A DNA stretch of 64,000 bases, from NCBI GenBank assembly GCA_965249575.1, contig OZ252244.1, positions 3,264,001 through 3,328,000 of the forward strand, given 5' to 3'. This stretch comes from Gemmatimonadales bacterium (GTDB taxonomy: Bacteria; Gemmatimonadota; Gemmatimonadetes; Gemmatimonadales; GWC2-71-9). This document shows positions 41,015-51,003 of this stretch, piece by piece (the first letter of the stretch is position 1; each line of letters starts with the position of its first letter). Both the position numbers and the translations under genes were made by a program. Below the pieces are notes generated by a model. It was given only the letters and a program-made list of their open reading frames with translations, was not told the DNA's origin and ran no database searches.

Positions 41015-41594
41015 AATAGCCGCTTACCGCCGGACCAGGTTGCTCAACTTGACGAAAACCCCGTCGTTGGTGCGCTGCACATCGTTGAGATGCGCTGCAC
41101 ATCGTTGAATTGAAGGGCGTTGGTCCCAGATATCGGCCTCCACTTGGGAGAAGTCGGGATGGACCATCACCCGCCCCGCAATATAGCCCCCCAACCACCG
41201 GGATTGTCGCGCGCCCGAGGACACAGCACCCGTGTATTCGGGAGCGACACAGGCCGGGGGGGTGACGCTGGGGACGCTTTTGATCTCCAGATCCCGATGA
41301 CACCATCGACGCACCTCGCGAACACCAAACCGACCCGGTGACTGAGGTGACGCATTTTCCGGGGTTCCGCGTGAGGACGCGTGGCTCGGAACCGGCCCGG
41401 TAAGACTGCTCGGGAGACCCCACTTGCAGGCTCCCACTTGTCCGAGGAGGTGCCACTAGTACCACATCGGTCGGGCTTTACGACACAAAGTAAGGGCAGG
41501 TTCCAGGGGTCTGGAGCCTGCCTCCTGCCGGATCCCCAGCCCCGGTCGCAGCCAATGAACCTTGGCGGCGCGGTGGGTTATGTTTGTCAATACG

Positions 41595-41948
41595 ATGGCG
41601 GCTACCTCACACGTGCCCTACCGGAGAAGGGGCTCCTTCCCGATTGCGTTGCTGCTCGCGATTCTGCACCTCGGAGCCAGCGTCGCCGAACCCGTGCTAC
41701 ACGCGGCCGCGGAGGTTCTCGACGCCGAGGGTGCGATCGAGGCAACGCACTCGGAGCGGTGTGCGATCGTGCACGTGGACGTACGCTGCGCACCCGGCAA
41801 CCTGCACAAGATCGGCGGGCCGGGAGGACGGGACCTCCAAATCACGCAGCAACTCGTCCCGGCCACGGCGCCCGACGGTTGTTCTGAGAGAGCGCACTCA
41901 TCATTCCGACTCACTGCGAACGCCATCCGCGGACCTCCCGTTAGCTGA
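41595..41948 (+). CDS. putative metal-sensing leader ORF with C-terminal RGPP arrest-like motif
   Basis: N-terminal TM, HxxxCxxxHxxxxC, ends AIRGPPVS*; directly upstream of metal uptake genes. Confidence 0.6.
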   Translation: MAATSHVPYRRRGSFPIALLLAILHLGASVAEPVLHAAAEVLDAEGAIEATHSERCAIVHVDVRCAPGNLHKIGGPGGRDLQITQQLVPATAPDGCSERAHSSFRLTANAIRGPPVS

Positions 41949-42036
41949 CAGCCCGCCGGGTCACCGGCTCAAAGCGTAGCCCTGGGCATGGATGTCCAGG
42001 CACGCAATTGGCTGCTCGACAATGGGGAGTTCGTAC

Positions 42037-43311
42037 ATGCGTACCCTGAAACACTATTCACTGGCCCTCGCGGCGCTGAGCGCCGCGCCGGCGGCTTCGG
42101 CCGCTCAAGAACGGGAGCAGTCCGATTCCCTGGCGCGCCAGGTCTATCTCCTCCAGCAGCGGGTGGATTCCCTTGAGCGGCTGATCTCGAGCCGCACCGG
42201 TCCGGCTGCGGACACGGTGGGAGCTCCCGCCGACGAGCTTGCCGCCCTACGCGCGGCGGCACAGGCGGCCCTCCAGGAAGGGGATAGCACCCCGGAGCCG
42301 GACACGACCGGAGTGCGGTTCGTGGGACGCACCAGGACCTTGAATCAACTGAATCCAGAGATAAGCGTCACCGGTGACGTGCGCCTGCGGGCCAACCGCC
42401 CGGGACCGCAGGCAGAAAACGTCGACCTTCGGGAGTTCGAATTCGCATTTCAGTCCCCCCTCGATCCATTCTCTACCGCCAAAGTCTACGTGACATTCGA
42501 CGAAGGGGAGCTCGACATCGAAGAGGCCTACGCCTACTGGAGCGGGCTGCCCGGTCACCTGCGACTCGATTTCGGCAGGTTCCGGCAGCAGTTCGGCGAG
42601 CTGAACCGCTGGCACCTTCACGCGCTTCCCGAGACGGAGTATCCGCTCGTGTTGAGCCACTACGTCGGGGAAGAGGGCCTCGTGGGCGACGGCGTCGGCC
42701 TGTACTGGATCGTACCGACCTCTCGACCGGCGGTGGGCACGCATGAGCTGTGGGCCCAGCTCACTCTCGGCAACAATGAGGTCTTGTTCCACGGGGGGGA
42801 CCGTCTGTCGTTTCTCGGGCACTTGAACAGCTTCTGGCAGCTCAGTCCATCCACCTTCTTCCAATTGGGGTGGACCGCGGTTTATGGCGAGCATCCAGAT
42901 TCAGCGCTCAAGAGCCGTGTGTTTGGTACCGATTTTCGGGTTACGTGGACACCGCCTGAGCGCGCGCAGTACCGATCCTTCACCGTACGGGGCGAAGGGT
43001 ATGCGGCGCGCCGGGAGGTGGCCGGTGTGGGCGACACCAGATGGGGTGGGTACATCGGCGCGCGGTATCAGCTCACCCGCCGGCTGTTCGTCGGCGCGAG
43101 ATACGACTACGTCGAACTGCTCGAAGGTCCGAGCGATCACGAATGGGCACTGTCGCCGTACCTGGTGTGGTGGCAAAGCGAATGGGTGCGGCTTCGCGCG
43201 GAATGGCGGCGGCACTCGGTCCCCTTGGCGGGTGGGCTGCGGGATTCCTCAGACGGGCTCGTGCTTCAAGCCGTCTGGTCGATGGGCCCCCACAAACACG
43301 AGACGTACTAG
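42037..43311 (+). CDS. outer-membrane beta-barrel protein associated with metal uptake
   Basis: Signal peptide, short coiled coil, LNPEISVTGD, FGELNRWHLHALP, C-terminal GPHKHETY. Confidence 0.7.
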   Translation: MRTLKHYSLALAALSAAPAASAAQEREQSDSLARQVYLLQQRVDSLERLISSRTGPAADTVGAPADELAALRAAAQAALQEGDSTPEPDTTGVRFVGRTRTLNQLNPEISVTGDVRLRANRPGPQAENVDLREFEFAFQSPLDPFSTAKVYVTFDEGELDIEEAYAYWSGLPGHLRLDFGRFRQQFGELNRWHLHALPETEYPLVLSHYVGEEGLVGDGVGLYWIVPTSRPAVGTHELWAQLTLGNNEVLFHGGDRLSFLGHLNSFWQLSPSTFFQLGWTAVYGEHPDSALKSRVFGTDFRVTWTPPERAQYRSFTVRGEGYAARREVAGVGDTRWGGYIGARYQLTRRLFVGARYDYVELLEGPSDHEWALSPYLVWWQSEWVRLRAEWRRHSVPLAGGLRDSSDGLVLQAVWSMGPHKHETY

Positions 43312-43313
43312 CT

Positions 43314-44387
43314 ATGAGACACCAATCGTCTGTGAGGGCGTTCTCGTGGCTGATGATCGCAGCCACGGTGCCGGCGGTCGCGATCCCTCGTGCCGGGCTC
43401 GACGCGGACCCCGTTCGGGTCGTCACCTCACTCAGCACGTACGCCGCGATCGCCCGTGAGATCGTGGGCGACCGAGGAACGGTATCCTCGATCGCCCAGG
43501 GTGTCGAGAATCCCCACTTCGTCCAACCCCGTCCCAGTTTCCTTCGCCAGCTACAGCGCGCTGATCTCTTTGTGACCACGGGACTGGATCTGGAGCTGTG
43601 GGTTCCAACGCTGCTCGACAAAGCAAACAACGGGAAGATCAGGGAGGGTGGCACCGGATACGTGACCGCGTATACCGGCTTGAACCTCCTCGATGTTCCC
43701 GCGGCGGTGAGCAGGGCGGAAGGCGACATTCATGTCTATGGGAACCCCCACGTCTGGACCGATCCCATCAACGGTATGCTCATCGGCCAGAACATCCTGA
43801 TCGGCCTGAAGCGGGTGTCCCCCGAGAACGCCGACTACTTCGACGAGCGGTTCGCCGCGTGGAGGAATCGGGTCGTCCGCGCGCTGGTCGGTGACTCACT
43901 CGCGGAAATGATCGGCACTGAAACCGCCCTCGCGCTGGCGAAGGACTATAGGCTCTGGAGTTTTATCGAGTCGAATGCCTTCAGAGACCGGCCGTTGCTG
44001 GACTATTTGGGGGGGTGGCTCAGGACCGCCCAAGCGTTCCGCGGGCGAACGATGGTCTGCTACCACAAGGAATGGGACTATTTCAGCCGGCGTTTCGGCG
44101 TCCCGTGCGTCGCGTACATCGAGCCCAAACCGGGTATTCCCCCGACGCCGCGACACGTAGCAGATGTCATCAACCTCATGCGTGATCAGAAGATTTCCGT
44201 GCTGTTCTCCACCAATTACCACGACCGGAACCACGTGAGGCGCGTAGCGGGACGGACGGACGCGAGCGCCGTCATCGTCCCGTCGAACGTTGGCGGCGGG
44301 CCCGGGACCGATTCGTACGCCGAGCTCGTGAGCCTCTGGGTCGGGGAGCTCGCCATGGCATTCGCGAGTCAGAAGGCGGAGCGATGA
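43314..44387 (+). CDS. metal ABC transporter substrate-binding protein (ZnuA/TroA family)
   Basis: ENPHFV, GLDLELW, GNPHVWTDP, YH, EPKPGIPP. Confidence 0.9.
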   Translation: MRHQSSVRAFSWLMIAATVPAVAIPRAGLDADPVRVVTSLSTYAAIAREIVGDRGTVSSIAQGVENPHFVQPRPSFLRQLQRADLFVTTGLDLELWVPTLLDKANNGKIREGGTGYVTAYTGLNLLDVPAAVSRAEGDIHVYGNPHVWTDPINGMLIGQNILIGLKRVSPENADYFDERFAAWRNRVVRALVGDSLAEMIGTETALALAKDYRLWSFIESNAFRDRPLLDYLGGWLRTAQAFRGRTMVCYHKEWDYFSRRFGVPCVAYIEPKPGIPPTPRHVADVINLMRDQKISVLFSTNYHDRNHVRRVAGRTDASAVIVPSNVGGGPGTDSYAELVSLWVGELAMAFASQKAER

Positions 44388-44405
44388 AGACCGCGGGAGA
44401 TCGGC

Positions 44406-45242
44406 ATGGCTGACTTCGTAGGCCTGATGGGTGCCCCCTTTGCGGCCTGCATGGTGCTGGTAGCGATGCACGCGTACCTGGGCATTCACGTCATCGCTCG
44501 GGAGGTGATATTCGTCGACCTCGCACTCGCCCAGATGGCGGCGTTGGGGAGTACGTCCGCCATTCTCTTCAACGTGCCACCCGACTCGCCGGGAGGCTAC
44601 GCTTTCGCCCTCGCGTTCACCACCGTTGGCGCATCGATCTTCGCATTGACGAGAACCACGCGGGCATCCCAGAGGGTGCCGCAGGAAGCCATCATCGGCA
44701 TCGTGTTCGTGGTGGCCTCGGCCGCCGCGATACTGGTGGCGGATCGGGCGCCCGGAGGCGCCGAAGCGATCAAGGAAATCCTCGTCGGCAGTATTCTCTG
44801 GGTCAGCTGGCCGACGATCGCGCGACTGGCGGCGGCCTACGCCATCATCGGGCTCTTCCACTGGCTGTACCGGACGCGGTTCCTGACTATTTCGCTCAGG
44901 GAGGAGGAAGCGCGAAGCCAGGGATGGAACCTCCGGTGGTGGGACTTCCTCTTCTACCTGTCCTTCGGTGTGGTCATCACGCTGGCCGTCCCGGTCGCCG
45001 GGATCTTGCTGGTCTTCACGTTCCTGGTGGTCCCCGCGGTCGTGGCGTTCCTCTTTACGCGCAGCACAGGAGCACTGGTTGCCATCAGCTGGGGATCAGC
45101 CGCCATCGCATCGTCCGGCGGTCTCGTCCTGTCGTTCCAGTACGATCTCCCCACCGGGCCCCTGATCGTGTGCGTCTTCGGCCTGGTGCTGCTCGCGGCG
45201 GCGCTCGCACAGCGGGTTCTCAAGCTGCAGGGAGGCAGCTAA
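44406..45242 (+). CDS. metal ABC transporter permease (ZnuB-like)
   Basis: YLGIHVIAREVIFVDLALAQ, EAIIG, DLPTGP. Confidence 0.88.
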   Translation: MADFVGLMGAPFAACMVLVAMHAYLGIHVIAREVIFVDLALAQMAALGSTSAILFNVPPDSPGGYAFALAFTTVGASIFALTRTTRASQRVPQEAIIGIVFVVASAAAILVADRAPGGAEAIKEILVGSILWVSWPTIARLAAAYAIIGLFHWLYRTRFLTISLREEEARSQGWNLRWWDFLFYLSFGVVITLAVPVAGILLVFTFLVVPAVVAFLFTRSTGALVAISWGSAAIASSGGLVLSFQYDLPTGPLIVCVFGLVLLAAALAQRVLKLQGGS

Positions 45243-45691
45243 CCGTTTCTAGATCCCATGAGCACGACCGGTGCAGATACGCGCGCGAGGACACGCTCGA
45301 GGGCGCGACCGGTACAGATACGCGCGCGCGAGGACACGTGCGCAAGGTGCGGCAATGCGCTGCAGATGCAGGCAGCCACCCGCACACGCCCACCGAAGCG
45401 TGCAGGGCGGAGCCCCAGCCACGGCATAATCATGCAGCATGAAGTCCTCTTCGACCGGCCCCTGCGGTCGGGCGCTGTGCGTGTTGGGGGTAGGAAGAAG
45501 AGAATCGGGTTCTTCGCTAGGGGCGTTCAGCTACCCTGGCTGCCGCCCTCCCCACGTTCTACGTTGGCACACTGGTACAATCGCACTCGAACCGCCCGGC
45601 AATGGCACTGGGCAAGGGTCAAATGGGAAATGTCGGATAAGACAATGAAGAGTCCAGTTCCGCGTCGATTGCTGTATTGGTAACGATCATC

Positions 45692-45770
45692 ATGGATCAG
45701 CATTCGGTAACCCTTCGGGCCGCCAACCCCACGTTCGAAGAGGGTCTGGCATTTGCCCGCTACCTCGATG
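45692..45770 (+). pseudogene. N-terminal fragment of a probable GNAT acetyltransferase
   Basis: MDQHSVTLRAANPTFEEGLAFARYLD, then abrupt change. Confidence 0.4.
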
Positions 45771-45865
45771 GCGACGGTCTTTCTGGGGTCGGGGATGAGT
45801 GCGGGGCCCATTCAGGTGGGCCTCCTCACTCACTACTCCTCACTGGGGGTTGGCTTCGGCGGGGG

Positions 45866-46520
45866 TTACTGCCTTCTCCTGAACCACGATTTCACGTCAA
45901 ACTGATGTGAGACTTGCGTGGTGAGTGCAAAACCGTCGCGCAAGAACGCCCGCGCGCTGCCTTCTGGTGTCCAGTGGTCTCGCCGGTGCGTCACCTTGAA
46001 AACGGTGCGGGGGGCCAGACGGTAGCCAATACCCGCCTCGATATTGTAGAAGTTGGTGGCTCGAGCCACCCAGGAGCTGTCTCCGACCCCCCGGATGAAG
46101 GGATAGTTGTTGGCCTCGAATCGCACGGCCGTGAAGAGCCTGGGGATCCAAGTGTACTTGACCTCCAGGTAGTAGGTTTCGCCGGTGACCGGATCGGCCA
46201 GAGTGGGTACGTCATACTCCGAGAGCGCCAGCTCACCGTGAAACTCGAGGTAGCCGCGGCTGAACCGTGCATCGAACGCGACAATCTGTTGGTTATGGTC
46301 CCGCCAGCCGGTACCGCCAAGGTGCGCGGCCGAGAGGCCGCTGTGGAGATAGGGACCCCTGGTAAAGGAGGCTCCGAGGCGGAGGCCCGTGGTCAGTGTC
46401 ACGCCGGCGCCCAGCGCAAGCCTCGGGGCGGCGCTCGGGGCGGGCACGTACCGGTCGTGGCTGGTCGGGTGACTGGCCAACGCGACCCGGTAGTCAAGCC
46501 AGGATACTACACCGTGATTC
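45866..46520 (-). pseudogene. outer-membrane beta-barrel C-terminal fragment
   Basis: GLRLGASFTRGPYL, YYLEVKYTW, EAGIGYRL amphipathic strands; no N-terminus. Confidence 0.55.
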
Positions 46521-46741
46521 CCGAAGACCAGTCTACGACGGGCCGGAGAAGGGCGACAGTGCGCTCGTGGGGCATCGACGTGCGGGATTGGGACACCTGG
46601 TTGTACTCGGGAGAATATGTTCCCCCGTTCTGCTGTGCGCTCGGCGTACCTCGCGCTCCTTCGCAGGAACGCACATCTTCTAGAACCATGTCCGAGATCA
46701 CCTCCCGGCTCTCGACCGCCCTCGCTCCCGTTTCCTGACAG

Positions 46742-49174
46742 ATGTCCGGGTTCTTGCACCGTCTCAAGACCGCAATCGTTGACCTCGGCATGGGAAGGCA
46801 AGGGTCCGCTGATCCCACGGCCTTTGGTGCTGCCGCGGCGCAGCTGCCGGCGAACCTACTGAGCGCTCTCAGCGAGGAGCTTGCCGACCGGTACACCATC
46901 ACCGAGGAGATCGGGAGCGGAGGGATGGCACTGGTCTTCCGCGCACACGATGTGAAGCATGACCGATCCGTTGCACTGAAGATCCTGCGCCCAGAGCTGA
47001 CGTCTCGGGTGGGCCGCGAGCGGTTTCTCCGAGAGATCAAACTCGCAGCCCGCCTGACGCACCCCCATGTCCTTGCGCGCCACGACTCGGGTGACGCCGC
47101 AGGGCTCCTGTACTATGTGATGCCGTTTGTCGAGGGCGCCTCGTTGCGCGATCGCCTGCGCGAGGAGAAGCCGCTTTCGGTCGAAGAGGCGCTCGAGATC
47201 ACCCGCGCCGTGGCTGCCGCCCTCGACTATGCCCATCGCCAGGCGGTCGTTCATCGCGACATCAAGCCCGAGAACATCATGTTTCTCGACGGTGTGGCGA
47301 TGGTGACCGACTTCGGCATTGGGAAGGCGGTAAGCGCCGCTGGGGCCGAGCACCTGACCCAGGCGGGGACCGCGATCGGGACCCCCGCTTACATGAGTCC
47401 TGAGCAGATGTACGGTGAGGGAGGACTCGACGGGCGCAGTGACATCTACAGCTTGGGCTGCATGCTCTACGAGATGCTGACTGGCCAGCAGCTGTTTACC
47501 GGGCCGTCACCGCAGGCGCTTATCGTCCGCCGGGCGGCTCGTCCGGTTCCCGAACTCGATTTCCCCGACGCCGTACCCGACCATGTCAAAGCAGCTGTCC
47601 GTGCCGCGCTGGCCGAGGCGCCGGAGGACCGCCCGGCCACCAGCGCCCAGCTCGCCGACATGCTCGCAACACCAACGCAGTCGCTGGCCGTTGAGCCGGC
47701 GCCACCCGCGCCGCAGTTGACGCCGCCGTCGAATATGTCGATCGCCGTGCTTCCGTTCACCAACATGAGCGGGGATCCGGGCAACGAGTACTTCAGCGAC
47801 GGCATCACCGAGGAGATCATCAACGCGCTCGCGCAGCTCAAAGATCTTCACGTCGCGGCCCGGATGTCCTCCTTTGCGTTCAAGGGGAAGACACCGGACA
47901 TCAGCGACGTCGGCACCACGCTCAACGTCGCCACGGTACTCGCGGGAAGTGTTCGGGCAGCCGGTACTCGCCTTCGGGTGACCGCACAGCTCATCAACGT
48001 TGCCGACGGCTATCACCTGTGGTCCGAGCGCTTTGACCGCGAGATGGACGATGTCTTCGCCATTCAGGACGAGATCGCCACGACCATCGCGAACCGGCTG
48101 GAAGTCACCCTCGCGGGCGGGACAGACGAGCTATTGGTCAAGCCACCGACTGGGAATCTCGAGGCGTATCAGCTCTACCTGAAGGGCCGGTACATGTGGA
48201 ACAAGCACACGTTCGATTGCTACCACCTGGCCCTACGGTCGTTCGAGCGGGCAATCGAGCTCGATCCCGCCTATGCACGGGCGCACGCCGGAATAGCCTC
48301 GTGCCACTTCTGGCTCGGATTCCTCGAGTCGATGCCGCCCAGTGAGGCATATCCCAAGGTTAAAGCGTCAGCTTCTCGCGCTCTTGAAATTGACGACACC
48401 ATTGCCGAGGCCCACACCTATCTCGGCAGCGCTCTGATGACATACGAGTGGGACTGGGACGGCGCCGAGCTCGAGTTCAGGCGCGGTATCGAGCTGGACC
48501 CCAATTCGGTCGTGGCACGGCAGGGATACGCAGTCTACTTGCTGAATCTCGGTCGGACGCAGGAGGCCCTAGACCAGACCACCGCAGCGCTCGCAATCGA
48601 TTCCCTTTGGGTCAAGGGGTATCAAGACCTAGGCTTCATCCTGACCCTTGAGGGAAAGTACGCTGAGGCCATTGATCAATTCGAGACGGCACTGGAACTC
48701 GACCCTGGCTTCCCTGTGACGCATGTGTGCCTCGGCTACGCGCTGGTTCACTCGAGGAGATTCGCGGAGGCCATCGCAGCCTTCACGAAGAGCGTGGAGG
48801 CCGCCGGAGGTGGCCCGTTTTTCAACGCCTCCCTGGCCTTTGCGCTTGGATTTTCCGGCCAACGCGAGGCAGCCCAGACCATTCTGGACGAGCTCGTTGC
48901 CCAGCGTGAGCAGACGTACGTGCAGGCTGCCCTTATCGCTTGGATTCACATTGGCATGGGGGACTACGATGCCGCTTTCGAGTGGCTCGAGAGGGCGTTC
49001 GAAGAACACTCGGCGCTACTCATTTCTCTTCCGTCCTTTGGTTACTGGGACCCCATACGAAGCGACGAACGCTTCACGCAGCTAGTGGACAAGATGGGTC
49101 TCGCTGCAAAGGGGCGGCTCCCCGCCCGGGAGCTGCTTCTGCCCGAGTCGGAGTTCAGGGCTGAGAAGCGATAG
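46742..49174 (+). CDS. Ser/Thr protein kinase + TolB-like + TPR protein
   Basis: GSGGMA, VALK, HRDIKPEN, DFG, SIAVLPF..YFSDG, TPR helices. Confidence 0.92.
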   Translation: MSGFLHRLKTAIVDLGMGRQGSADPTAFGAAAAQLPANLLSALSEELADRYTITEEIGSGGMALVFRAHDVKHDRSVALKILRPELTSRVGRERFLREIKLAARLTHPHVLARHDSGDAAGLLYYVMPFVEGASLRDRLREEKPLSVEEALEITRAVAAALDYAHRQAVVHRDIKPENIMFLDGVAMVTDFGIGKAVSAAGAEHLTQAGTAIGTPAYMSPEQMYGEGGLDGRSDIYSLGCMLYEMLTGQQLFTGPSPQALIVRRAARPVPELDFPDAVPDHVKAAVRAALAEAPEDRPATSAQLADMLATPTQSLAVEPAPPAPQLTPPSNMSIAVLPFTNMSGDPGNEYFSDGITEEIINALAQLKDLHVAARMSSFAFKGKTPDISDVGTTLNVATVLAGSVRAAGTRLRVTAQLINVADGYHLWSERFDREMDDVFAIQDEIATTIANRLEVTLAGGTDELLVKPPTGNLEAYQLYLKGRYMWNKHTFDCYHLALRSFERAIELDPAYARAHAGIASCHFWLGFLESMPPSEAYPKVKASASRALEIDDTIAEAHTYLGSALMTYEWDWDGAELEFRRGIELDPNSVVARQGYAVYLLNLGRTQEALDQTTAALAIDSLWVKGYQDLGFILTLEGKYAEAIDQFETALELDPGFPVTHVCLGYALVHSRRFAEAIAAFTKSVEAAGGGPFFNASLAFALGFSGQREAAQTILDELVAQREQTYVQAALIAWIHIGMGDYDAAFEWLERAFEEHSALLISLPSFGYWDPIRSDERFTQLVDKMGLAAKGRLPARELLLPESEFRAEKR

Positions 49175-49198
49175 GGATTTCAGAGGCCCCTTACACGC

Positions 49199-49449
49199 GC
49201 TGGGGCGACGGCATGACCGTTGACTCGCACGGCAATCTCTATATAGCGGTGTCTGGATCACAGACGGAGAATGGCGTCTACGTACTTGCGGCCGGCGGTC
49301 AGCAGCTTGCGTTCCTTGCGATGCCGGAGGGGGCCATCAACCTCGATTTCGGCAGGGGGCGGGACTGCAACGTCCTCTACGTCACCTGTGGGCACGGGCT
49401 CTATCGCATTCGCCTGCAGCGGACCGGTTTCCGGCCCGGAGCACTATAG
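49199..49449 (+). pseudogene. SMP-30/gluconolactonase C-terminal fragment
   Basis: GDGMTVDSHGNLYIA..NLDFG..LYVT..LYRIRL. Confidence 0.75.
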
Positions 49450-49645
49450 AAGAGGCTCCCGCGGTGCCGCCAAGCACGCAAATGCAGCTGATCGCTTTCG
49501 CGTATCTGGGGGTACGGCAGTTGCCGTTATCGTTGCCGTTTCTCCCGGCAAAGTCCGGCATTCAGGGCGGTAAAATGTCGGACCGACGCCCGGAAGTCGT
49601 TGAAAAACCGACAATTTGCCGTTTTTCGTGGTCCCCCTGACCTGT

Positions 49646-49781
49646 ATGGGGTTCAGGGGGTCGCGGGTTCAAATCCCGCCGTCCCGACTAGTGGAAGTTG
49701 CAAATCAGCAACAACTTAGAGGGCGAGTGATCCGAGACTGGATTGCTCGCCTTCGGGCGTTGTGTGCCAATAGTGTGCCAA
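49646..49781 (+). repeat. att-like site 2: tRNA-Pro 3' half + hairpin + GTGTGCCAA pair
   Basis: Same 43-bp core as 34197; downstream part recurs after site 3. Confidence 0.85.
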
Positions 49782-49890
49782 ATTCAAGTGACCGATCTGA
49801 CAAGACGCGTTGGCGGAACAAAACCTCAGCTGACAAATTCTCCCATCCATGCCGTCAAGCGCGCTCCTCAGAGAAGCGCGAGAACGTCCT

Positions 49891-50526
49891 ATGAACGAGA
49901 ACGCTCATCACGTAGCTGCACAACGCCTGCTGGCGCACTCCTGTTACGCCAGAGATGTCCTTGATGTAGACATCCGATTCGCACAGACACTTCTGGAAGG
50001 CCGTGGATACACAGAGGCGGAGGAGGCATACCGCAATGCGATCGTCTATATCAAAGAGACGATAGATGAGTTGTGCCAGGAGGGAGCTGAAAAATTGGTG
50101 GCCAATGAAGTAGAGCCGCCTGGCACGAACTACGACCCAGCTTTAGTGCTTGAATTGGCAAAGCAAGAGGCGCATCGCCATCTGCGCATTGCTGAACAAG
50201 GTCACGCGACCGCTCTCCAACAGGTTGAGGCCGGTGCTCCTGAACCCACCGCTGAGGAGGTCTACCAGGGTCTCCAACGGCAGTGGCGACGTGCAAGAAT
50301 CAGGTCCTATGGGCGGCTTGCGATCGGGGCGGTGGTTGCCGCTGTCGCGGCGCGTTATGTATACCCTATGTCGGGCTGGTTAGTCCTGATCCCGGTCGTG
50401 GCTTTAATTGTCTACGCGTTCATCGAGCTAATCATCATTCAGTCCTTCCCTCCCACACCCCATCTATTGCCATTGCATGATCAGGCGATCTATGAGCGAG
50501 CCGCAAGAGATGGGTGGGTGAAGTAG
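49891..50526 (+). CDS. hypothetical protein with two C-terminal TM helices
   Basis: Single ORF filling the interval between att sites 2 and 3. Confidence 0.6.
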   Translation: MNENAHHVAAQRLLAHSCYARDVLDVDIRFAQTLLEGRGYTEAEEAYRNAIVYIKETIDELCQEGAEKLVANEVEPPGTNYDPALVLELAKQEAHRHLRIAEQGHATALQQVEAGAPEPTAEEVYQGLQRQWRRARIRSYGRLAIGAVVAAVAARYVYPMSGWLVLIPVVALIVYAFIELIIIQSFPPTPHLLPLHDQAIYERAARDGWVK

Positions 50527-50569
50527 GGCTCCTGGATACCCATCCGCTACCGCGCGGGCCCACATCCCT

Positions 50570-50704
50570 TGGGGTTCAGGGGGTCGCGGGTTCAAATCCC
50601 GCCGTCCCGACTAGCGGAAGTTGAAACTTAGCAACAAGATAGAAGGCGAGTGATCCAAGGCTGGATTGCTCGCCTTCGGTCGTTGTGTGCCAATAGTGTG
50701 CCAA
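50570..50704 (+). repeat. att-like site 3: tRNA-Pro 3' half + hairpin + GTGTGCCAA pair
   Basis: Diverged direct repeat of 49647-49781. Confidence 0.85.
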
Positions 50705-50781
50705 CTTCGAGTGTCGCACCTCGAGGTCAGTTTGTTATATGACTTGCTCTCCGCGGAGTTCATCTTCGGACTGAGGTCGCA

Positions 50782-51000
50782 GTGAGCCGACTGGAGGACC
50801 TCCAGGCCAACGCCGTCCGCGGCATCCTGCCGGACGCACTGGTCACGGTCGTTAGCGTCGCCTGGCATGGTTCTGACGCCCTCACGCTGGTGTATCGCGA
50901 CCCCAATGGCCGGGTGGCGGACGAGAACCTCTACCGGCTCGACGAGCCCCGCCTCGAGCCCAAGGCCGAGCAGGGCCAGCTCGAAGGCCTGGGTGCATAG
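50782..51000 (+). pseudogene. N-terminal fragment of an SNF2-type helicase of defence-associated loci
   Basis: RLEDL..VRGILPDALVTVVSV.WHGSDALTLVYR..LYRLDEPRLE, stops after ~70 codons. Confidence 0.55.
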
Positions 51001-51003
51001 GCG

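Larger units (their letters stand above)
39623..41372. repeat. ~1.75 kb duplicated cassette, copy A
   Basis: Near-identical to 57346-59102. Confidence 0.95.
34197..49688. mobile_element. ~15.5 kb integrative satellite-like element at the tRNA-Pro att
   Basis: Identical tRNA-Pro 3' direct repeats at both ends; matching GTTGCCGTT..GTTGC(T/C)GTTTCTCC arm pairs at 34301-34326 and 49520-49545; int, xis and primase inside. Confidence 0.8.

Noticed and set aside
41071..41108. 20-bp-period tandem TGCGCTGCACATCGTTGA upstream of the hydrolase
   Set aside because: Only two copies; could be an operator, but nothing else supports it
45266..45338. Short direct repeat ACCGGT(G/A)CAGATACGCGCGCG..AGGACACG
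   Set aside because: Two copies, low complexity, no associated feature
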